Shown here piece by piece: positions 8,858-17,800 of a stretch of 64,000 bases of DNA. Source of the stretch: an uncultured Alphaproteobacteria bacterium (lineage in GTDB: Bacteria > Pseudomonadota > Alphaproteobacteria > RF32 > CAG-239); assembly GCA_934277435.1 (NCBI GenBank), contig CAKQUE010000001.1:65652-129651 (forward strand). Direction: 5' to 3'. The notes under the pieces were generated by a model, which was not told where the DNA came from, did not search any database, and saw only the letters and a program-made list of their open reading frames with translations. Numbering within the stretch: position 1 is the stretch's first letter; each line of letters starts with the position of its first letter. A program made the translations under genes and the position numbers.

Positions 8858-10867
8858 ATGAATAAGATGAAGCAAATAGCGGCTTTGACGGCTATGCTGG
8901 TTGGCGTGATTATGTATGCGTCGCCGGCAAAATCTGCAGTCTGTTTTTTGCCTGATGATGACGGCAGTTGCGGCGGCGGAGATATAGAAATTTCGGACGG
9001 TAGCGGTAGCGATGACGATAAACCGGTAAAAGAATGCAGCGGTTTTACGGTTAGTGCCACAAATTATGACAAGATGAAAGATTGTTTTAATTTTACATAT
9101 TGCACAAAATCAAAAACAAAAGAAGTAGTCTATAAAAAAGGGGGTAAAAAAAGCAATACCCACTGGTATCCTAATTGGAACGCTTGCTGCACAGGTGGAA
9201 CAGCCTATGATTTGAGAGAAGGTAAGTGTTGTCCGGCTGGCGGCTGTGTACACGACGAATGTGACGCCCCGAAAGTATGGAGCAGCATTTTGGGTAACTG
9301 CGTATGTCCGGCTGACAGAGAAGAAAATACAACTAGTAATACGTGTTGTCCTGTTGGCGAACACGCAGATGGTGCGATTTGCTGCCCAGAGAAAAAACAT
9401 AATGACGGCGGCAAGTGTGTGTGTGATGCCAATTATATTCCTGACGGAAACGGTGGTTGTAAAATACCAAGTGTATCCGAAGCTTGTGAAAAAATTAACT
9501 CTGCGTATGTTGCGTTTACTTCCAATGATGACTGCCACAATATTTGTCCGGAAGGTAAAGCGCCTAAATTTATGACGACTGTTGCAAATGGCGCATGCGC
9601 AATTTGCCAACAAACAACCATAAACATTAACATAAATGAAGATGTTGAGATGATTGATGGCACTTCCGGTTTGCAACATGCTAAAATTAAATCATTAAAC
9701 CGCTATGCAGGGTTTACCACAAGTGTTGAGAATGGCTATAATTACAGTGAATTAGCTAAACATAGCAGATGTTCAAGAAATGATAATGATTACAAGGTAG
9801 ATCTTGAAATTATCGGAAAAACATCTGACAGCGGTGTTAGAGATTATAATGCTCCATCGGTATCACCTATAACAACTGCTTCCATGGCTCCTGTTTCTTA
9901 TCCGTTATCAATATATGGAAAAACCTCACAACCTGAATGGGCTTTGTATTGGACCAAAACATTAGCTACGGAAAATGGCAAAAAAGCAGATGCAGAAACA
10001 GGAGGTGGCGTATTCAAAGTTGCAGGAAAAGCTATCTACGGTTTTCCGATGGCGGATACGAACAACTTAATTTCCGGTTTTAGCAAATTAAAGGATTTGG
10101 TTGTACAACCAGGAAAACCATCTGATAATCCATACATTTTGAAATTTACACATAATTTATCTGATTCTGTAAAAAAATGTCGTGAGATTAACGAATTCTA
10201 CGTTTCTGAAAGTGAATCTTGTTATCCAAATAAGACTAAAATGGATGCAGTAGGTCGAGATGGACAGTGCTATGCTTGTAATTCTTGTACTATTAAATCC
10301 GATTGTAAAACTGGTTATACTTTCATTCCAGATTCACCAGCTCATACCGACTACAATGGTAGAAAATGCGGTACGTGTAGTAAAACATATTATATTGATA
10401 TTACGCCGTTTATTGTAAATATAGATAACAATTGCGCAGTAAATGCTAATGTTGATTTAAGCACAGATTCTTCGGCTAAAAATGACCGCTTTATCATAGA
10501 TAATGAAGTTGAGTTGTTTGGAGATGTAAATGTATATATTCGCGAAGGGAAGAAATATGCTCAACTCTCTAACAAATCATTTCTATTAAAAAATGTAACT
10601 GACATTTGGTATGCAGCTGATTATCCAGAAATATATAATGAAAAATTTTGTGAATTGTATAAAAATCGTTATCCGGGAGTATTAGGTAACGGGGTAGATG
10701 GAAAGTTTTATGATTGTGTCGGTGTTGACGACTCTACATCTATTTATATACGCGCAAAAAATAAACGCTATGACTTTGGAACAAATAATTGCGTAACCTT
10801 GTATATAGGTAATGATAATCGAACTATTTGTTATAGAACCAGCAAATTTTCTTGTTCACTATACTAA
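8858..10867 (+). CDS. Large secreted cysteine-rich repeat protein (candidate surface or host-interaction protein)
   Basis: Strong RBS AAGGAGG. Signal peptide MNKMKQIAALTAMLVGVIMYASPAKSA. The N-terminal ~220 aa are packed with Cys, including four or five degenerate CC-[PT]-x-G...G-K/N-C-V units. Acidic Gly/Ser/Asp linker. Own terminator downstream. Confidence 0.7.
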   Translation: MNKMKQIAALTAMLVGVIMYASPAKSAVCFLPDDDGSCGGGDIEISDGSGSDDDKPVKECSGFTVSATNYDKMKDCFNFTYCTKSKTKEVVYKKGGKKSNTHWYPNWNACCTGGTAYDLREGKCCPAGGCVHDECDAPKVWSSILGNCVCPADREENTTSNTCCPVGEHADGAICCPEKKHNDGGKCVCDANYIPDGNGGCKIPSVSEACEKINSAYVAFTSNDDCHNICPEGKAPKFMTTVANGACAICQQTTINININEDVEMIDGTSGLQHAKIKSLNRYAGFTTSVENGYNYSELAKHSRCSRNDNDYKVDLEIIGKTSDSGVRDYNAPSVSPITTASMAPVSYPLSIYGKTSQPEWALYWTKTLATENGKKADAETGGGVFKVAGKAIYGFPMADTNNLISGFSKLKDLVVQPGKPSDNPYILKFTHNLSDSVKKCREINEFYVSESESCYPNKTKMDAVGRDGQCYACNSCTIKSDCKTGYTFIPDSPAHTDYNGRKCGTCSKTYYIDITPFIVNIDNNCAVNANVDLSTDSSAKNDRFIIDNEVELFGDVNVYIREGKKYAQLSNKSFLLKNVTDIWYAADYPEIYNEKFCELYKNRYPGVLGNGVDGKFYDCVGVDDSTSIYIRAKNKRYDFGTNNCVTLYIGNDNRTICYRTSKFSCSLY

Positions 10868-10933
10868 AGCTTTAAATTTTCCTAAGGAGGTGATTTAGAC
10901 ACATAAAAATTAAATCGTAAAGCCTAAAAATCA

Positions 10934-10975
10934 AACCGCAGTTCTCCCCCAAGTTTACTGCGGTTTTTGTTTGCT
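10934..10975 (+). terminator. Rho-independent terminator of the cysteine-rich protein gene
   Basis: AAACCGCAGT...ACTGCGGTTTTTGTTTG: 9-bp stem plus T-tract. Confidence 0.5.
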
Positions 10976-11078
10976 TTTAGATAGTTGCGAAAAATTGGGA
11001 TTGTCTAAATTATTGCACTTGACAAAACAAAATAAATATGCAAGAATAGACAAAAGATTAGAAAATAAGGATTGAAAA

Positions 11079-11429
11079 ATGTCTAATGAACCTAAAAAAG
11101 AAACAACCTTGCGCAGAAGTTTTGCAATGCAAAATCCTGTGGTGTTGGCGCATAATGAAACGGTTGCCGTAATGAGCAAACCGCTTGCCGATGCTTATTT
11201 TAACGGGGAAGTGACTAAGTTTGAAGGTAAAGTTATCGATGCTGGCAATGATGCTGTGAATGTGCAAACTCCTAGCAAAATGGCTATGTATGCAGTCGAA
11301 AACGGCGGTTACATCAGTTTTGCTTCTGGCTTAAATGAAGCGGTTGGAGTTAATGTGCAAAAAATCCGCCGGTTGAATGCAGATATCCATGTTGCCGCGC
11401 TGAGCAGCCGTTCTAATTCTTATTCTTAA
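11079..11429 (+). CDS. Hypothetical small protein (116 aa), monocistronic
   Basis: RBS GGATTGAAAAATG. The ORF is bounded by terminators on both sides. No recognisable family. Confidence 0.45.
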   Translation: MSNEPKKETTLRRSFAMQNPVVLAHNETVAVMSKPLADAYFNGEVTKFEGKVIDAGNDAVNVQTPSKMAMYAVENGGYISFASGLNEAVGVNVQKIRRLNADIHVAALSSRSNSYS

Positions 11430-11451
11430 TAAATATGCTTTCCTCCTTGTA

Positions 11452-11492
11452 AAAAAAATTACCCTGTTACCAATGAACAGGGATTTTTTATA
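11452..11492. terminator. Bidirectional terminator between convergent genes
   Basis: A8-tract, then CCCTGTT...AACAGGG stem, then ATTTTTTAT. Confidence 0.5.
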
Positions 11493-11510
11493 TTCAATTA
11501 TCAGAAAAAA

Positions 11511-12446
11511 CTATAAATCACATTGTCCGCTGATTTCATGGTCTAAACGCTTTTCGTGCAAACCATACGGGTCTTGGTGGACAATTATCTGCGCCTGAGG
11601 AAATTCCGCCAAAATCTTGGCTTCAACCTTGTCTGAAATATCATGGCTCTCTGACAAGGTTAAATTTCCATCCAGCTCCAGATGTATTTCAATAAACATC
11701 CGCAAGCCGGATACACGGGTGCGAAAATCGTGATAGCCTTTTATCTCTGGCACTTCATACACCAGCGCAATGATTTTGCTTTTTATATCGTCATCAACCT
11801 CGTGGTCGGTAATTTCTTCTAGGGCTTTTATAGCAATATGCGCGGCATTCCACAATAAATAACCAGAAATAAAAACCGCGGTCAGACTATCAAACCACTG
11901 CCACCCCAAATATTTGACCACCAAAAGAGAAACAATAATCGCACCATTGGTCAGTAAATCAACCGTGTAATGCGCGCTATCGGCTTCAATCGCTTGCGAA
12001 TTGGTCTTTTTTACCACCGCCGCTTGAAAAGAAATGAGCGCAACCGTCAACACAATGCTAATCCCCATAATCCACAAACCAGCCGTTGTTTGTTTGATTG
12101 GCGTCGGATTAATAAAACGATTTATACCGTCATATAAAATGAATCCACCAGAACCGGCAATAAACGCCGCCTGAATCAAGGCACTGAGAGATTCCGCCTT
12201 GCCATAACCATAACGATGCTGTTTGGTCAGTGGCTTATTAGAAAATCTAACCGCCATCCAAGAAATACTTGACGACAACACATCGGTCAAACTGTCTATC
12301 ATTGACGACAAAACAGAAAGTGAACCGGTGGCAATAGCGGCGGCTCCTTTTATCAGGCTTAATGTGACCGAAACGCCAATGCTGGCGCTAGCCGCCAAGG
12401 TTTTTAGTTTATTTATTTTTTTTATGTTCAAATCAGAGCTGCTCAA
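11511..12446 (-). CDS. Cation diffusion facilitator family divalent metal efflux transporter
   Basis: Six-TM N-terminal domain plus a C-terminal cytoplasmic domain; typical CDF signature region around SLTDVLSSSISWMAVRFSNKP. Confidence 0.75.
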   Translation of the reverse strand: MSSSDLNIKKINKLKTLAASASIGVSVTLSLIKGAAAIATGSLSVLSSMIDSLTDVLSSSISWMAVRFSNKPLTKQHRYGYGKAESLSALIQAAFIAGSGGFILYDGINRFINPTPIKQTTAGLWIMGISIVLTVALISFQAAVVKKTNSQAIEADSAHYTVDLLTNGAIIVSLLVVKYLGWQWFDSLTAVFISGYLLWNAAHIAIKALEEITDHEVDDDIKSKIIALVYEVPEIKGYHDFRTRVSGLRMFIEIHLELDGNLTLSESHDISDKVEAKILAEFPQAQIIVHQDPYGLHEKRLDHEISGQCDL

Positions 12447-15400
12447 GAATTTTCTCCAAATGCTGCATGTCTATTTCCAATGGTTTGCCGCTAAAATATT
12501 TTGCCGCAAGCTTAATGTGCGAACCGGTATTATTTTCATCAAAATTCAGCACTGCATAAGCTTTGCCGTTTTCTTTATATAATGACAAAATCGCGTGGTC
12601 ACCGTTTTCAATATATAATTTTTTGGTTTTAATCGGTTTAGATTGTAAACTATCTTTAGATACTTTGATTGGTGTGTTCAAGGCATTTTTCATCAAAATC
12701 ACCAATTTTTCTTGCTCCGGAACATAATTGCTTGGTGAATACAAGCGGCCGTAACGCAAATCCCATAGTTTGCTATATGTCCATTTGGACTCATCTAAAT
12801 CCATATCCACAAAATCGCCGCTGATTTCCCAAACTTGAAACTGATTTTCAAATTTTATATACGCCGCGCGAGAACCTCGCCCCAAATCTATATTTATATC
12901 GCCCAAATCAAAACGCTGTATAACGTTTTCATCTTGTTTAAATTCAACTTCTATGGCCTTGGAATCCTTATCCTCAAGCGGCAGCAGATTAAACATACCC
13001 AGATTTTGCGCCTTATTGGTTTTGCGCTCAAAAAATCTGGCCTCGGCAACAGTGGTCAACAAACGGCGTATTCGTTCTTGATAAACCGGCATATCTTTTT
13101 GCCCTTCCAAAACCCAAAGCCCGTCTTTTTTCACAAAATCCAACTCGGCAGAATTTGATTTTAAACAAATATTATTGATATTGTTCAAATTATTTTCTAC
13201 CGCCGGAAAAGCAAGTTTGCCCTCATAAGCATCTACGCTGCTGCGGTTGGCAAAATAAACCGAAAGCAGAGCCACTGCAAAAATAAACAGACAAATTCCA
13301 GAAAGCTTTTGCAATCGCTTATCCAGCTTAAACATTTTTTCTGAAGCAGGTCTAGAATCATTCAGCCAGTGTTTAGCCTTTACGCCCAACAAAACCACCG
13401 CCAACAAAAATGGTATCAGCAACAAATTAAACAAACTAATTCTGGTATCTATTCTTTTGATATCTTCAAAAGCCTGTTCGCGGATATCGCTCAACTGCTG
13501 GCGTAAATCATTCAGCTGATTTCTAACTTTGGAAATTGCTGCCAATTCATCGGCCGTAAAGTTTTCGCGCTCTTCAAAATCTTTTTTGTTCCAGACTTCC
13601 TGCATGGCAGCCTTAGCTCTATCCATCTCAGCAAAAATAGCATTTTCCTGCTGCGTAAATTTCAAAGAATTTAGGCGGCGCATGGTTTCAATACCTTTAA
13701 ACGGGTGGTCTTGCGCCGTTTTGCCTCGCAATTCCAAAAGGGCTGTGTCGCCGGTCAAATAATCTAGCGCGTTCAAAACAAAATTAGCGTTATCAAAATT
13801 ATCAATAATGTATTCATTTTCTAAAAATGACCTTTTTGTTCCCCAAAATGTGTCATAAATAAAATCGGTGTCCGCAATCGCGATAATATCAAATTTATTG
13901 TTCGGCTCCTGTCCGATAATTTCCGCCGCCAAAATTTTTGGATTGTTATCCGGCTCAAAATTTTGCAAAATATCTTGCGGGTGCAAGCCGTCTATAACTA
14001 CCGACACCGGCATAATTTCTGAAATCGGACTGGCTTTTAACAATGGTTCAAACCTAATTTTGCCAGCTTTCAAATCTTCTAGTTTTGGCATAATCACCGA
14101 ACTTGAAGCCATCAAAATTTCGTTTAGATTTTTGGTTACAGGGTGTTTGTAGTTGATATCATCTGACTTGATGCGAAACTGAATTATGTCCTGTGAAAAA
14201 GTCGGATTGGTTTTGTAGTTAGCCGTCGCATCAACCGTGATGGAGTTTTGCAAATCGGCAACAACATAGTCTTTATAAAATTTAATATGCCAAAAATCTT
14301 CCAGTTCTCCCAAATCTGAACCTTCTAAGCGGTGGTTTTCCATTGAATACAAGCGAGAAGCTTCATTTGCCGGATCTAAAAACAGCATAATTTTGCCGCC
14401 TTTGCGCGAATAATCCTTTATGGCCTGCACAAATTCCGGTTTATATGGTTTGGGGTAGAAAAGCACCAAAACATCAAAATTATAGTTAAAATCTTCGGGA
14501 CGGACAATATTAATAATTTCATAATTTTCTCGCCATAAATCGACAATTTTCCACGGCTGTCCCAAAAATGTTCCGTCGGCGCTGTTAGTGCCAAACAACG
14601 GAAGTCCGGTCAAAACACCGATTGTTTTCTTTTTATGGTGTAAATCTCGGATTTTGGAAATTAAATCTTGTTCAAGCTTGCCTTGTCGCTCTTGTGCAAA
14701 AAACGGAATAACCTGTTTATTTTGCAAAGTATCTTCCAAAGTCAAACCAAACAAAGCGTTTTGATTTAAATCAATCAAAGGAATCGGCTGTAAACCGTTG
14801 GCCAAAGCAATGTCTTCTTCTTCACTCAAAAATTTTGGGTGATAAATCTTGAAATCAAAATTGCCGTTAGAAACATCTTTGCACTTTTTCAACAGCAAAC
14901 GCACATTGTCAAAAATTGTCCGCAATGAAGAATTGCGCTGTTCCAAAACCGGAGAAAAATACAGCTTGGCTAAAACCGGCTCCGGTAAATTCTGCAATAT
15001 CTGCTTAGAACTTTCTGTTAAAGTAAATATTTTCTTTTCGGTAGCGTCATATTGAATGTTACGGGTTAAGCCGTTTGCCAAAATATTAACGCCCAAAAAG
15101 GCAAACAACAACATGCTCCACGCAAAAATATAGTAGCCGCGGTTATTAGACTTCAACCAACCGGAAGTACCGGCAGTTTTAAAGTTGACAATCAAAATGG
15201 TAGTAAAGTTAAAAAAGAAAATTATAGTCGCAAAAAAGATAATATCCCGCAACTCAACCAACCCCAAACTAAGCGTGTCAAAATGGCTTAAAAAGCTGAA
15301 CGAGGCTATAACATCAATAATCGAATCCGGCAAAAACAGGCGGAAAAAGGACAATATATATTCAATTCCGCTCCAAAAAAACAGCAAATTGGCAATCACC

Positions 15401-15900
15401 GCCAACACTAGCGCTATGACCTGATTCTTGGTTAAAGCCGACATGGTTTCGGAAATAGCCAGCATACAGCCGGCAAGAACAAAACTAGCCAGATATCCCA
15501 ACGCAATTACACTGTTATCCGGCTCTCCTAAAATATTAACCGTTATCCAAAACGGAAACGTTAAAAACAAGGCCAAACCACAAAATAGCCAAGCGGCAAA
15601 AAACTTACCGCAAACCAAGGAGCGAATCGAAACCGGCATAGTCACCAACTGGACAATCGTTTTGTTACGAAATTCTTCCGCCCATAAACGCATAGAAATT
15701 CCGGGGATAAACAAAAGATACAACCATGGCTGAAAAGCAAACATTGACTGTAAATCCGCTTGTCCGCGGTTAAAAAAACCACCAAAATATAGTGCAAATG
15801 AAGAATTTAGCAGCAAAAAGCTCAGCAAATACACATAAGCCAGCGGAGAAACAAAATATCGAAACAACTCATTTTTACAAACAATCCAAAGTTTTTTCAT
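12433..15900 (-). CDS. Fused ABC-2 type permease (GldF-like) / GldG-like auxiliary domain / DUF4340-like C-terminal domain, 1155 aa
   Basis: The N-terminal ~250 aa are a polytopic ABC-2 permease. The middle region carries a periplasmic GldG-like domain followed by a TM anchor. The gene is immediately downstream of its ABC ATPase gene, with a 12-nt gap. Confidence 0.65.
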   Translation of the reverse strand: MKKLWIVCKNELFRYFVSPLAYVYLLSFLLLNSSFALYFGGFFNRGQADLQSMFAFQPWLYLLFIPGISMRLWAEEFRNKTIVQLVTMPVSIRSLVCGKFFAAWLFCGLALFLTFPFWITVNILGEPDNSVIALGYLASFVLAGCMLAISETMSALTKNQVIALVLAVIANLLFFWSGIEYILSFFRLFLPDSIIDVIASFSFLSHFDTLSLGLVELRDIIFFATIIFFFNFTTILIVNFKTAGTSGWLKSNNRGYYIFAWSMLLFAFLGVNILANGLTRNIQYDATEKKIFTLTESSKQILQNLPEPVLAKLYFSPVLEQRNSSLRTIFDNVRLLLKKCKDVSNGNFDFKIYHPKFLSEEEDIALANGLQPIPLIDLNQNALFGLTLEDTLQNKQVIPFFAQERQGKLEQDLISKIRDLHHKKKTIGVLTGLPLFGTNSADGTFLGQPWKIVDLWRENYEIINIVRPEDFNYNFDVLVLFYPKPYKPEFVQAIKDYSRKGGKIMLFLDPANEASRLYSMENHRLEGSDLGELEDFWHIKFYKDYVVADLQNSITVDATANYKTNPTFSQDIIQFRIKSDDINYKHPVTKNLNEILMASSSVIMPKLEDLKAGKIRFEPLLKASPISEIMPVSVVIDGLHPQDILQNFEPDNNPKILAAEIIGQEPNNKFDIIAIADTDFIYDTFWGTKRSFLENEYIIDNFDNANFVLNALDYLTGDTALLELRGKTAQDHPFKGIETMRRLNSLKFTQQENAIFAEMDRAKAAMQEVWNKKDFEERENFTADELAAISKVRNQLNDLRQQLSDIREQAFEDIKRIDTRISLFNLLLIPFLLAVVLLGVKAKHWLNDSRPASEKMFKLDKRLQKLSGICLFIFAVALLSVYFANRSSVDAYEGKLAFPAVENNLNNINNICLKSNSAELDFVKKDGLWVLEGQKDMPVYQERIRRLLTTVAEARFFERKTNKAQNLGMFNLLPLEDKDSKAIEVEFKQDENVIQRFDLGDINIDLGRGSRAAYIKFENQFQVWEISGDFVDMDLDESKWTYSKLWDLRYGRLYSPSNYVPEQEKLVILMKNALNTPIKVSKDSLQSKPIKTKKLYIENGDHAILSLYKENGKAYAVLNFDENNTGSHIKLAAKYFSGKPLEIDMQHLEKILEQL

Positions 15901-15912
15901 TTTTACTTCTCC

Positions 15913-16635
15913 TTAATGCGCGGTTAATTTACGAAACGCGTCGGCTAAATTATCCGTTCCGGCTTTTTGCAAAATATCAGTCAGAGTGCCGTCAGCTTTA
16001 ATTTTACCTTTATCCAGCAAAATAATACGGTTACAGATGGTTTCGGCCTCTTCCAGCAAATGGGTAGAGATAATAATTGTTTTATCCTTAGCCATGCTGA
16101 CAATTAACTTACGAATATAATCCTTTTGATTTGGATCCAAACCGTCTGTCGGTTCGTCTAAAAGCAACAACGGCGGGTTATTCAAAATACTTTGCGCAAA
16201 ACCTACTCGCCGCTGATAGCCTTTGGAAAGAGTTTCTATTTTTTGGTTAATGATTTCTTTGATATTGGCAATTTCTATAACTTCATTAACGCGTTTTGTG
16301 TCAACACCTCGCAGCTCTGCCATATAGTGTAAAAACATTTTTACGCTGATATCCGGATAAAGCGGCGAACCTTCTGGCAAAAAGCCTATATTTTCTTTGG
16401 CAAACAGCGGATTTTCTATAATATTTTTGCCCATAACCTCAATATTGCCGGAAGTTGGAGCTAAATAGCCGGCAATCATATTCATTAAAGTTGATTTACC
16501 GGCGCCGTTTGGCCCCAAAAGAGCGATAATTTCACCGCATTTGGTGCTAAATGACAAATCATCTGAAGCCTTTATAATTCCATACATTTTGCAAAGATGA
16601 GATATTTTTAGAGTTGTATTTTTATTTTTCAACAT
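15913..16635 (-). CDS. ABC transporter ATP-binding protein (GldA-like partner of the downstream permease)
   Basis: Walker A GPNGAGKST, signature LSKGYQRR, Walker B LLLLDEPT. Confidence 0.85.
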   Translation of the reverse strand: MLKNKNTTLKISHLCKMYGIIKASDDLSFSTKCGEIIALLGPNGAGKSTLMNMIAGYLAPTSGNIEVMGKNIIENPLFAKENIGFLPEGSPLYPDISVKMFLHYMAELRGVDTKRVNEVIEIANIKEIINQKIETLSKGYQRRVGFAQSILNNPPLLLLDEPTDGLDPNQKDYIRKLIVSMAKDKTIIISTHLLEEAETICNRIILLDKGKIKADGTLTDILQKAGTDNLADAFRKLTAH

Positions 16636-17722
16636 AAACTTCTCCTCCGGTCATAGGCTCATAAGCACCTGTTGTTGCGGGATAGGTTATCGGCAAAGCA
16701 TAGAGCCGGCGCGCCGTGTTAAACGCCGTAGAAACCGCGCCGATTTGATTTAGTTCCGAATTTAAATCTGTTATCAAATTCAAGGCTTGATTTTTGAACA
16801 CATGTTTCAAAAAACGCATCAGCGATGGATTTTTTGTTCCCTCGCCTGCCACATATATTTCCATTGGCTGCTGCGGCAAAAAATCCTGCGCCGCCTGATA
16901 TATTGCCTGCGCAATAAAAGCAGTGGCAGTGGCTGTTCCATCTTCTAATGATAAACCTTCAAGATGTTCTTTTTTATCGCTAAAACAGAGGATATCCAAA
17001 GATTTTGGCGGCTGTTTACGCAAAAATTTATGGTGCAGTAAGCTTTCAACAATCTGTGTGTGTATTTTGCCGGTAATTGCCAAACGGCCGTTATAATCGG
17101 TTTGCATATTAGCATGACGGAAAGTCCAATCTTCTATCATCGCCAGCCCCGGGGCACAATCAAACGCCAATAATTCTCCTGACACCCCTAAATAAACTAA
17201 ACTGCTGACTGTTTCTAGGTCTATAAACAAAGCCGGTCGCTCTATATTTTGCCCAATGGCGTTAAAAAACGCCGGTGTCAAAGGAGATGCCTGTCCGCCC
17301 GAAAGCAAATCCGCCTTATGGAAGTGCGTAACCACGCGCCGTCCTAGCTTGCGGCTCAATTCATGTCCTTGTTCAAGCTGATAAGAACATTTATCGGCAG
17401 GATCATTGCAAATTGTCAAACTGTCAACGCCTATTTCATCAAATTCCTCTGCCGAACAAAAATCATTTACAGCTTCAAGATAAAAATCTGTCATCTCTTG
17501 CTGCAGCTGTTGAATCTGTTTATTTTCTTGCAAAAAAGACAAATCGCAAATTCGCCTGCCAATAACAGAACGAATCTCCATGGCCAACGGTTCTGGATAA
17601 GGAACAACCGCCGTTTTTATTATTTCATTAATATCTATGCCGTCGGTTTTAACCAAAGCTAATTCAATCGAGTTGAGCGAAGCTCCGCCAAAAGCACCTA
17701 AAACAGTCATATTTTTTATCAT
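16622..17722 (-). CDS. anmK: Anhydro-N-acetylmuramic acid kinase
   Basis: 366 aa; N-terminal GAFGGASLNSIELALV and overall AnmK-like layout; sits in a murein-recycling context. Confidence 0.75.
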   Translation of the reverse strand: MIKNMTVLGAFGGASLNSIELALVKTDGIDINEIIKTAVVPYPEPLAMEIRSVIGRRICDLSFLQENKQIQQLQQEMTDFYLEAVNDFCSAEEFDEIGVDSLTICNDPADKCSYQLEQGHELSRKLGRRVVTHFHKADLLSGGQASPLTPAFFNAIGQNIERPALFIDLETVSSLVYLGVSGELLAFDCAPGLAMIEDWTFRHANMQTDYNGRLAITGKIHTQIVESLLHHKFLRKQPPKSLDILCFSDKKEHLEGLSLEDGTATATAFIAQAIYQAAQDFLPQQPMEIYVAGEGTKNPSLMRFLKHVFKNQALNLITDLNSELNQIGAVSTAFNTARRLYALPITYPATTGAYEPMTGGEVYVEK

Positions 17723-17800
17723 CTGTATTCATCTCTTTTGTTGCAATGCTAAAATAATATGTTAATATGCGTTAAAATTTAGTATAAAGGACAAAAAACG

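Noticed and set aside
9110-9679. Antisense and alternate-frame ORFs inside the Cys-rich gene (9110-9679 -, 9205-9432 -, 9246-9575 +, 9433-9663 -)
   Set aside because: They are embedded in a long, well-supported ORF with a signal peptide and RBS. The GC-rich Cys/Gly codons (TGY/GGN) create open antisense frames by composition alone.
10880-10900. Very strong Shine-Dalgarno-like sequence TAAGGAGGTGAT immediately after the Cys-rich gene stop, as if a gene should follow
   Set aside because: No in-frame start codon with an open frame follows: GTG-ATT-TAG gives a 2-codon ORF. It is most likely a remnant of a deleted downstream gene or a chance match, and does not support a feature call.
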